From the NCBI GenBank assembly GCA_947373115.1, contig CANBWJ010000128.1, positions 1 to 61,008 on the forward strand: a stretch of 61,008 bases of DNA, in the 5' to 3' direction. The translations under genes were made by a program, and so were the position numbers. The stretch comes from Opitutia bacterium (lineage in GTDB: Bacteria; Verrucomicrobiota; Verrucomicrobiia; Opitutales; UBA953). Positions 49,836 through 57,560 of the stretch are shown here, one piece after another (position 1 is the first letter of the stretch; every line of letters begins with the position of its first letter). The notes under the pieces were generated by a model, which worked only from the letters and a program-made list of their open reading frames with translations, ran no database searches and had not been told where the DNA came from.

Positions 49836-50713
49836 TGCATTCTTCCTTCCTTCTTGAGGAGCATCTTGTTGTCGTAGTATTGCTTCTCGGTCATGCCGAG
49901 GTCGCGGGCGGTTTCCTTCTCGTCCTTGGACAGCGTGTAGCCGTTGGGGCGAGAGCCTGTGCCGGTGCCGCCGCGCGACACGGGCGCCGCCGGGGGAGCG
50001 TAGCGGCGCTGCGTCACCTTGGCGGCGCTGGCCATTGCGTCTTCATCCTGCTCCACCGGGGCCCGGCTCCTGATGCGGAGTGTGTCCTCGATGGTGGCGA
50101 AATAGTCGTCCGTGTCCGGCTGGAGCCCATCGGCTACGGCCAGATTGTGGGCGGCGACCATCTTCTGGTACATGCGCGCGTCAGTCACGCACTGCGGATT
50201 GCGCCGCACCCAGTCAGCCGAGCGGGGCGAAAGCTGCGAGGCCAGCTCCTCCACCGGGTCAGAGCGGCGCGCAGGCTCCTGCGCAACGATCTTGGGGGCG
50301 CTTTCCATGTGCGCCCGGCCCCGTTCCAGCTCCATGAGCTTTGCCGAGTTCATCGACAGGCCCTCTTGGATCTCCGCCGCCTTGGTGTAGTCGCCAACCG
50401 ACAGGGCCTCGCTGTAGCTATACTTGAGGAGGTCGTTGTTGCGCTTCACCGTGTCGATGGCGTTGCGAACGAGCTGCAAGTTGGTGTCCTGCACCTCGTT
50501 CTTGGCCTCTGCGGCGGTGTAGTAGGCCATCTTGGCCTGCTTTTCCGCCTCAATACGGCCCATCCGCTCCTGTTCGAGCTTCAATTTCAGCTCTTGGATG
50601 CCGTCCTCGGGCTCAAGGGCCTCATTTTCAACCCTTTCGGGCGCGTCTTGGGCCTTTGCGACCTCAACGTCGTCAATTTTGCCATCTTCTGGCTTGTTTT
50701 CGATGTCTGACAT
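49832..50713 (-). CDS. Scaffolding protein (putative)
   Basis: 293 aa, acidic. Long coiled-coil segment (ELKLKLEQERMGRIEAEKQAKMAY...). Position in the head module. Confidence 0.5.
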   Translation of the reverse strand: MSDIENKPEDGKIDDVEVAKAQDAPERVENEALEPEDGIQELKLKLEQERMGRIEAEKQAKMAYYTAAEAKNEVQDTNLQLVRNAIDTVKRNNDLLKYSYSEALSVGDYTKAAEIQEGLSMNSAKLMELERGRAHMESAPKIVAQEPARRSDPVEELASQLSPRSADWVRRNPQCVTDARMYQKMVAAHNLAVADGLQPDTDDYFATIEDTLRIRSRAPVEQDEDAMASAAKVTQRRYAPPAAPVSRGGTGTGSRPNGYTLSKDEKETARDLGMTEKQYYDNKMLLKKEGRMQ

Positions 50714-50724
50714 GGAATTTCTCC

Positions 50725-51135
50725 TCAGTAGACGCTGTCGGGGTGCGGGATGCGCCCCTTGATGATGGCATCATCGAACATCCGACACAGGACACCATTG
50801 ACTGTGATGTTCCAGCCATCGCTCGGGCGGAAAACGACCCAATCACCGACCTTCAAGTTGAGGCCGTTGAACCATTTGCCATCACTTTCCACAAAAGCGG
50901 TCGGGCCGGTCTTGATGATCAGGCCAACCTTGGACTGGTAACGGTCCTCGTCACGGGCCTTGTCCGTCATGATGATGCCGCCCTTGGTTTTTTCGGGGCG
51001 GATGTAGACGGCGACGAGAACATTTGTATTCAACAACTCAATTTCGCTGATGTCCCCGAGTTCGTCGAGCAACGCCTGCTTCGGATCGACCTCGTGGCTC
51101 ATCGCGATCTTGTGGTGTGCGGATACGTTAGACAT
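50725..51135 (-). CDS. GroES (Cpn10)-like co-chaperonin
   Basis: NVLVAVYIRPEKTKGGIIMTDKA...KVGDWVVF...GVLCRMFDDAIIKG follows the GroES pattern (vLV..e.T.gGI.l...kvGD.V.f...e..Il). Confidence 0.55.
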   Translation of the reverse strand: MSNVSAHHKIAMSHEVDPKQALLDELGDISEIELLNTNVLVAVYIRPEKTKGGIIMTDKARDEDRYQSKVGLIIKTGPTAFVESDGKWFNGLNLKVGDWVVFRPSDGWNITVNGVLCRMFDDAIIKGRIPHPDSVY

Positions 51136-51146
51136 AAACCCCCTCC

Positions 51147-51359
51147 TTACTGGCCGCGTTCCTTGCGGTTACAGATCGTTGTTGCCTCGCCACAGAACTC
51201 AAGAGCCATGCGGAGACCGGCGATAATTCCTACTTGGTGACGGTAGGTTGGGAAATCAATCGTGCCTAAGCCGGTGGAAAGGTTTTCCTTCCGGTCATCA
51301 ATGGCGTCGTCGATTAATTTCTTCAGTTCGCGCTCAAAGAGCGTGTTGAACGTGAGCAT
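51147..51359 (-). CDS. Hypothetical protein (70 aa)
   Basis: Track ORF 51147..51359. Confidence 0.5.
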   Translation of the reverse strand: MLTFNTLFERELKKLIDDAIDDRKENLSTGLGTIDFPTYRHQVGIIAGLRMALEFCGEATTICNRKERGQ

Positions 51360-51463
51360 AGACCCCTCTTTGCTCCCCCTCGATGTGATTGGGACGGCTG
51401 GCAGAGGGGGTCAAACCAGCCGTCCCGTTTCCGCAGGTAGTACCGAGCTACCCGCGAAAATCC

Positions 51464-52723
51464 TTACGCCTTGCGCTTCTGGATCTCGGTCTTCTCCAGA
51501 CGGCCCTTGCCGCCGCCGGAGCCCGCGTCCATGTCCTTGTAGGACCTATAGACCTTGCCGCCAGCCTTGCGGCCCATCGGGGGCATGCCGGGAGGGCCAG
51601 CGGGACCGGCGGGGCCGGGCATCGGCATGGGCATCGGCATGGGGGGCGGTGCGCCACCGGCGGGAGGCATGCCCATCGGCACGGGGACGCCGCCGGGACC
51701 GGCGGGGCCACCCGGAGGCATCGGCATGCCGGGCATGGGAGGCTTCTGGCCAGCGTTGATCATGATGTTGATGTGGGTCTTGCCCTTGCCAGCCTTGCCG
51801 CCGGAAGCGAGCCCAGACGGCTTGCCGTCGCCCATGTTCGGCATCATCGGGGCGGGCATGGCGGGAGGAGCCGCGACCGGCATCTGATCGGGGGAGCCCA
51901 TAGCGCCGCCGTAGAACTTGCCGACGCGGGCGCCGGGCTTCACCATCTTTTTGATGAGCGCCTTGTCCTCGGCCTCGTCGTCATGGACTTCGCCGCCCTT
52001 CTTGTAGTTCGCCGCCTTGCCGCGCGTGGGCTTGGACAGATCCTGATCGTGCTTGGCGATCTTTTTCTGCTCGGGGAGGCCAACGCCGGGCTTGCCGTCC
52101 GGCATTTCCATCGGGCCGAAATTGACCTTGCCGCCAGCCTTGCGGGCCTTGCCGCCAGCCTTGCGGTTGATCGGGTTCATGCGCTCGCCCTCGGTGCGGG
52201 CCTCAGCGGCGCGCTCGGCGCCCATGCGGTCCATGACGGCTGCGGCGCGGGCCTTATCGGCGGCGGACATATCAGACACGGGCGCCTGACGGGCCGAGCG
52301 GCTGATCATCTCGCTGCGGGCGGGCATCTTGCCGACGACCGGGTTGCGGGCGAGGAGACCGGCGATACCGCCCTCATCCTTGCCGACGCGGCCACCCTTC
52401 TTCAGGGCCCCGACGTGCTTCTTGCCCTCGCGCTCCTCGTTCGCTTCCTTCTGGTTGCGATTGATGAGGCTGTCGGCGGTGATGGCGCGGCCACCGGACT
52501 TGCGGGGCTTGCGGCCAGCGTGGGCCTCCATCTTCTCGCCCTCGACCTTGCCGCCCTTCTTGTAGGCGCGCTTGGAGATCGGGCGCATGCCCGTCTTCAC
52601 GTCCGCGTCGAGCGGCTCGGAGGGTGACCAGTTGGAGCTGTCAACCTTGCTATCCTTCTCGCCAGACAGGCGCTTCGCCTTGCCTTTCATGGCCTCTCGG
52701 GCCTTTTTCGCCATCTCGTACAT
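51464..52723 (-). CDS. Very basic Lys/Gly-rich protein with Pro/Met/Gly tract (419 aa); possible internal head/DNA-associated protein
   Basis: Start at MYEMAKK after AAGGAGtagaagc. Repeated K(K/A)GG(K/R/E)V motifs. PPMPGMPMPPGGPAGPGGVPVPMGMPPAGGAPPPMPMPMPMPGPAGPAGPPGMPPMG. Confidence 0.55.
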   Translation of the reverse strand: MYEMAKKAREAMKGKAKRLSGEKDSKVDSSNWSPSEPLDADVKTGMRPISKRAYKKGGKVEGEKMEAHAGRKPRKSGGRAITADSLINRNQKEANEEREGKKHVGALKKGGRVGKDEGGIAGLLARNPVVGKMPARSEMISRSARQAPVSDMSAADKARAAAVMDRMGAERAAEARTEGERMNPINRKAGGKARKAGGKVNFGPMEMPDGKPGVGLPEQKKIAKHDQDLSKPTRGKAANYKKGGEVHDDEAEDKALIKKMVKPGARVGKFYGGAMGSPDQMPVAAPPAMPAPMMPNMGDGKPSGLASGGKAGKGKTHINIMINAGQKPPMPGMPMPPGGPAGPGGVPVPMGMPPAGGAPPPMPMPMPMPGPAGPAGPPGMPPMGRKAGGKVYRSYKDMDAGSGGGKGRLEKTEIQKRKA

Positions 52724-52797
52724 GCTTCTACTCCTTGGAGTTTCCGGGCGTCCCCGTGGCCACAATTACGGGAGTGGCGTACCGTTACAAAGAAATA

Positions 52798-53295
52798 TCA
52801 CTCTTTGTCTTTTTTAACCACTTCACGCGCAATCATGACGGCGCGAAGGATCTTGTCGATGTCCCTTCCTGTCAATTGGCTGACAGTTCCGCCGCTTGCA
52901 AACTTGGTTCGAGCGGCGTGGGCAAGGGCGCCAGCGTTTGCGGGGCCACCGAGCGCGCCCGCATTGGAGGCAATCGTGTTTTCCACGGCGGAGCTTTGTG
53001 ACGGCTGGTTCTGGGAAGTGCTCTGGGTGCCAGCCGCCTGCGCCGCAGCCTGCTGCTGGAGAGCCGCGCTGTAAGCGTTCTGCGTCGGGTTCTGCCCGGT
53101 CTGGCCGCTGTAGCGGGACATGACGTCCGGCGGGATTTGCTGGCCGGGGTAGTTGCCCTGCCCAGCAAACTTGCCATTGGAGCCTGAAGCGTAGGACGGG
53201 TCCGCAGCCGCAGGCTGGGGCGAGCTTGTCGCCCCCTTGGTGCCGCCATTGAGCGCCGGGTTGGCGTTGTTGCTTGTCTGTACGCTGCCGCCCAT
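52798..53295 (-). CDS. Gln/Ala/Ser/Gly-rich low-complexity protein (165 aa)
   Basis: Track ORF. C-terminal ...KFASGGTVSQLTGRDIDKILRAVMIAREVVKKDKE. Confidence 0.5.
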   Translation of the reverse strand: MGGSVQTSNNANPALNGGTKGATSSPQPAAADPSYASGSNGKFAGQGNYPGQQIPPDVMSRYSGQTGQNPTQNAYSAALQQQAAAQAAGTQSTSQNQPSQSSAVENTIASNAGALGGPANAGALAHAARTKFASGGTVSQLTGRDIDKILRAVMIAREVVKKDKE

Positions 53296-53340
53296 AATTA
53301 GCCCTTACTGCTCAACAGTGGTTGCCACCACAAGGAGGCA

Positions 53341-53368
53341 AGTATACACTGAAACGATATTCGTTAAA
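53341..53368 (-). promoter_or_regulatory. Putative internal promoter (TTTAAC-N16-TATACT) with palindrome AACGATATTCGTT
   Basis: Minus strand: -35 at 53368..53363 and -10 at 53346..53341. Palindrome at 53353..53365. On the plus strand TATACA (53343..53348) could serve the orphan plus-strand gene. Confidence 0.35.
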
Positions 53369-53388
53369 TGCCCCCTATGGAGATCAAG

Positions 53389-53598
53389 ATGACAGAGCGT
53401 GAACCGTTCACCGAAGCTGTTGCCGATAGCCTTTCCGAAGACATAATGGCGTCAGTTGCTGACATACTTTTCGCCGGTGGGCTTCTTTCCCCCGGAGGAG
53501 ATCATGGATTTCTCCAAACCTCCCCCGCTGTTTCAGCCGCGATTGCCTCAATTGAGCGGACCCTTGCTCAATTGAAAGATTTCACGGTTCAAAACTGA
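53389..53598 (+). CDS. Orphan plus-strand small gene (69 aa) inside the minus-strand virion block
   Basis: Start after ATGGAGATCAAGATG (same initiation motif as the early genes). Converges on, and overlaps by 17 nt, the 3' end of the 1325-aa gene. Confidence 0.5.
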   Translation: MTEREPFTEAVADSLSEDIMASVADILFAGGLLSPGGDHGFLQTSPAVSAAIASIERTLAQLKDFTVQN

Positions 53599-56500
53599 CT
53601 TCGCCACCTTGGCGCCAGCCAAAGATCCGCTTGTGCTCTTCCTGTTGCTTCATCACGCGGTCAATCATTTCCGCGTCGATTTTTTGCGCCGGGAATTGAG
53701 TCAGCATTCCCCACTGAGCTTTTGACCATTGCTTGGGGTCATGCGCAGCCGGATTAAGCTTGTCCCACCAATCGCTCCAAATATCCTTAACATGAACGGA
53801 ACTTGGAAGCCCGCCAAGATATGCGCCTGACTTGGGTGCTGCCATTGATCCTGTGTAGTTGCTGTGAGGATACGACGGATTTTCGACCAGCCCGCCACGC
53901 GGGTCAAGTTCTGATACGGAATAGCCAGCACGAAGGCGCGGATTGCCAAAAAGGCGCGGTTCAGTGATCGCAAACCTTGTTTGGCCAACATCGGGGAACC
54001 CGGCTTTCTGTTGGCCCGCTAAATCAAGGATTTTTGCAAGTTGCTTGCGATCCACCAGATCAAGGGACTGCATAAAATCTTCGGCTTTTTGTGTTTTCAT
54101 AATCCCCGGCCAACCGGGAAAATTCTCTGCCATCCTTGCATCTACGTCAGCAATTGATGCCTTCGTAATTTTTGAGCCGGGGATTTGGCGCAGCATTGCC
54201 TGATAGAACATGTCGGCAGAGTCCGCCGCCTCCGGCGACATGGTGGTATGAATGCCGACAACACGTTCGCCTTCAGGTATCCTCCGCTCCAGCGAGTTCA
54301 TATAGGTTTGGGCTTTGTCCTTCATGGACGCCCAGCCAGCAGGACCCGACCCGCGACCGGCGGGACCACGAGGAAAATCGCCGCCGCCCTCAGTGTAGAG
54401 AGGGCTGCTCAATTTTTTCCCGCCAATTTTATGGATGATGGAGCCGCTGGAACTCATGTCGCTGAGAAGCGGAACGGCCCACGCGCCTTCAAGGTTCTCT
54501 ATGGAAAGCGGCTTATAGGGCTCGTTAAACCCGGGTATTTTTTCATGCCCAACGCTCATTTCTTCAAACGGGATCGCGCTTTTAACCTTCGAAAGTACCG
54601 GGACATTGGCCGCAAGGTAGGGGTCTTTGGCTAATATGTCGGCGCCCGTGCGAGTGACGGCTTTGCCGGTCGGCGCAAAGTGCGGCATGAAAGTTTTCAG
54701 CTTTGAAAGATCTGCCGCCTCGGCGCTGCCGACCGGGTTGAACTGGCTGACGAAGTTCATGGCGCGTTCAACAAGCCCCGGCTCGTCGCTGGGCTCACGG
54801 GCCTCGGGGATCGCCACCGAGCCCATCGGATCGACGTAGCTGCCCTCGTCACCGGCGAAGTGGCGCCGGACGGCGTGGAGGGCATGATCAATGACCTCGC
54901 CCCCACGGGCGTGGGCGGACTGGCCGCGCAGGATGCTCTCGCGCATGGCGGGGGTGATGGTGATGCCCGGCGCCTCAAACGGCGGGTTGTTGTGGCCTGC
55001 CCCGCCTTTTGGCGGCAGCATCACGTCGGTGTAACCGACCCTTGCCGAAGGATCATGCTTTTTGATCAATTCCTGAAGGCGCTTGGGCACGATCTTGTCG
55101 TAATACCCCTTCATGCCTTCGCCGCCCATTTCAAGGTCTTGGCCGGACAGGACACGGAAATCACCATTCCGGCTGCCTTCGTTGGCCATTATTTTTTCGG
55201 CAACGTCCTTGCCCAGCATCGACTGAAGTTCCTCGATGGACAAATTCGCCTTTTCAAGGTGGTCAAGGTTCTGACCACTTTTAACCGGGATGACGGAATA
55301 GGTTCCGTCAGGTTCTTTGAGGTATTTGATTTCATCGACGTGACTGCTCAAGCTGTACCGCTTTGCCTGTTCGGCGCCCGGCGTCCAAACGAGCTTGTCG
55401 TACCCACCCTCAGCCGCCTCCTTGAGGGCGCGCTTCAGGGCAAGGTCAGTCCATTCGTTGGTCTTGGTGACGTAGGGGCCGGGAGCAACACCGTGTTCGG
55501 GAGGACGCTTTGACCAAAGGTCGCGGACGGCGTCATTCGTGTCGATCATGCGTTGTGCGCTGGCTTTGAACTCGGGGTTAGCATTGAGCGCATCGCTGAC
55601 CATAGAATGATGCTCAAGCTCTCGGCGCTCATACGCCATCGGGCTTTCTTTGCCGGGCTGAAAACGCTCAAGCGGCGGGATTTCGCTTTTGATGCGGTCA
55701 ACCAGAGCGTGATGAGCTTGGCGAGCATCCGTCGCTACGCTATTGGCCTTTGCAACAGAGTTTTGCCAATTTTCAAAAGCTTTTGGATCGGCAAACCCGC
55801 TTTCGCGGCCTTTTTGGCCCCAATCGCTTTGGATCTCTTCGACGTGCAGAACCTTTTCGCCGTTTGGCCCGGTGCGGTCGGTAAACCGCAGATGGGCAAT
55901 GACATCGGGCTCATTCCAGTGCTGGGACTTGAAGACCCCGGAGTCGCGCGCAAACGATCTGGCGGCCTGTTCCGCATCGTTTTTGGTGTAGTAGTCCCGA
56001 TACTTCCCGTCAGGCCCTTCAAAGCCGAAGCGCCCGTACTTTTCTTGGACATTCGGTTCCCAAGTGGATGGTAGCTTTAACCGCACTTCGCGATAATTTT
56101 CGCCGCCGGGCAGAACGTATTCGCCAAATTTGGTTGGCGAAATTGACTGCCTTTCTGACCAATCTTTTAGCTCGCCGTCGCTGATAGGGTGGCGGTTCGA
56201 GCTTACGATGAACTTGTCATACAGGTCGTTGTAATTAGCTTTGAACTCCTCGTCAGAAATTGGAGTGCGAACGCCGCCAGACACGCGCTCCTCAATCTGC
56301 GGCATGCTTTTTTGGAAGTGCTGGGCCAGATCTTCCTGCGTCACGCTCGGGCGCGAGGCCCACTCAGGGCTCAGGACCATCGTGCTGTCCATGTCCTTAC
56401 GCATGGAGCCAACGGTGTTCTCATACAGGCGCTTGGCCTTGGACTCGGGCGACTTCGGATCAAGCAGCGCCTGAGCAAACTCGGGAGAGCCGGGGTTAAG

Positions 56501-57559
56501 CGCGTCCATCGCCTGCTTGGCGGCTTCAATCTTTGGCGCGTATTCGCTCTCGATCATCGTGCGCTTGGCGAGGGTCGCCGTCTGGTCAACCATGCCGGAG
56601 TGGTACAGCTCCTCGGGCTTCACCGCCGCCCGGCGGAGATTTGAAAGCATCTGCTCAGGCGTCCCCTTGGCCTGCGACAGGCCGCGCGCCGCCTCAGCCC
56701 CGTGGCTGTAGAACCCCAGCGGCGACAGCTCGCGGGGGATGGCCATACGGGCGACTTCCATCGCCTTGGACAACTTGCTCGCCTCGGCGTCCTCGGGCGC
56801 CAGCATGGCACCGGCAGCGGTGGCGGCGCCTGCGGCTGCGGGCGAGGGCATGCGGACCCTGTCCCACGGCTCGGTGGCCATCCGCTCCAGACTGCCCGCC
56901 TTGGCGAACGGCGTGACCATGCCACGGACGCCGCCGGTGAGGGCGGTGTCGGCGACCATCTCGGCTTCCTGCGCCTTCTTTAGGTCGCCTGTGTATTGGA
57001 GAATGGGATCGCGCACCAGAACGCGCTCCATGCCGGTCAGAGGCGACATGATCATGCCGAGGGCGCCACCGGCCATGCCGAGCGCCCCAGAGCCGTAGTT
57101 GCCCTCCTTGGCGGCCTTCCAGCCCTCGCTCATGGACTGGGCGTTTTCATCAGCCGCTTCGCCCCACCGCTTCAGGAACGTGCCCTGACGGCGATGCGGC
57201 ATGTACCTTTCCCAGTTCGTGGGCTGCGCGGACATGGTTGTCTCGCCCTTGGGCAGATCTTCAACGCCCAAGTTGCTGACTAGGCGCTCGCCCTCAGTCA
57301 TGGCCTCGTGGGGCCATTTGGTTTCGGGCGCGGGCTGGCGGGCGGCCTGCCGTGCAACGCTCTCGGGCGTTGGCATGTAGGAGAAGGCTGGAGGCGCGGG
57401 CGTGGGCTCCCGGCCCGATCCGCCAGCCTCGTCGGCCACGGGGGCGTTGCCACGGTAGATCGTCAGCGGGCGGGGCTCTTCGGGATCGACGTAGCTGCCG
57501 TCCTCGCCGTCGAAGTGGCGGCGGACGGCGTGGAGGGCGTGATCAACCGGATCATCCAT
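53582..57559 (-). CDS. 1325-aa virion-associated multidomain protein downstream of portal (MuF-position / polyvalent-type, putative)
   Basis: Track ORF. Internal repeat of DHALHAVRRHF.G(D/E)(D/E)GSYVDP. ...AHLRFTDRTGPNGEKVLHVEEIQSDWGQKGRESGF resembles domains of large polyvalent phage proteins (recall). Confidence 0.5.
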   Translation of the reverse strand: MDDPVDHALHAVRRHFDGEDGSYVDPEEPRPLTIYRGNAPVADEAGGSGREPTPAPPAFSYMPTPESVARQAARQPAPETKWPHEAMTEGERLVSNLGVEDLPKGETTMSAQPTNWERYMPHRRQGTFLKRWGEAADENAQSMSEGWKAAKEGNYGSGALGMAGGALGMIMSPLTGMERVLVRDPILQYTGDLKKAQEAEMVADTALTGGVRGMVTPFAKAGSLERMATEPWDRVRMPSPAAAGAATAAGAMLAPEDAEASKLSKAMEVARMAIPRELSPLGFYSHGAEAARGLSQAKGTPEQMLSNLRRAAVKPEELYHSGMVDQTATLAKRTMIESEYAPKIEAAKQAMDALNPGSPEFAQALLDPKSPESKAKRLYENTVGSMRKDMDSTMVLSPEWASRPSVTQEDLAQHFQKSMPQIEERVSGGVRTPISDEEFKANYNDLYDKFIVSSNRHPISDGELKDWSERQSISPTKFGEYVLPGGENYREVRLKLPSTWEPNVQEKYGRFGFEGPDGKYRDYYTKNDAEQAARSFARDSGVFKSQHWNEPDVIAHLRFTDRTGPNGEKVLHVEEIQSDWGQKGRESGFADPKAFENWQNSVAKANSVATDARQAHHALVDRIKSEIPPLERFQPGKESPMAYERRELEHHSMVSDALNANPEFKASAQRMIDTNDAVRDLWSKRPPEHGVAPGPYVTKTNEWTDLALKRALKEAAEGGYDKLVWTPGAEQAKRYSLSSHVDEIKYLKEPDGTYSVIPVKSGQNLDHLEKANLSIEELQSMLGKDVAEKIMANEGSRNGDFRVLSGQDLEMGGEGMKGYYDKIVPKRLQELIKKHDPSARVGYTDVMLPPKGGAGHNNPPFEAPGITITPAMRESILRGQSAHARGGEVIDHALHAVRRHFAGDEGSYVDPMGSVAIPEAREPSDEPGLVERAMNFVSQFNPVGSAEAADLSKLKTFMPHFAPTGKAVTRTGADILAKDPYLAANVPVLSKVKSAIPFEEMSVGHEKIPGFNEPYKPLSIENLEGAWAVPLLSDMSSSGSIIHKIGGKKLSSPLYTEGGGDFPRGPAGRGSGPAGWASMKDKAQTYMNSLERRIPEGERVVGIHTTMSPEAADSADMFYQAMLRQIPGSKITKASIADVDARMAENFPGWPGIMKTQKAEDFMQSLDLVDRKQLAKILDLAGQQKAGFPDVGQTRFAITEPRLFGNPRLRAGYSVSELDPRGGLVENPSYPHSNYTGSMAAPKSGAYLGGLPSSVHVKDIWSDWWDKLNPAAHDPKQWSKAQWGMLTQFPAQKIDAEMIDRVMKQQEEHKRIFGWRQGGEVSFEP

Positions 57560-57560
57560 G

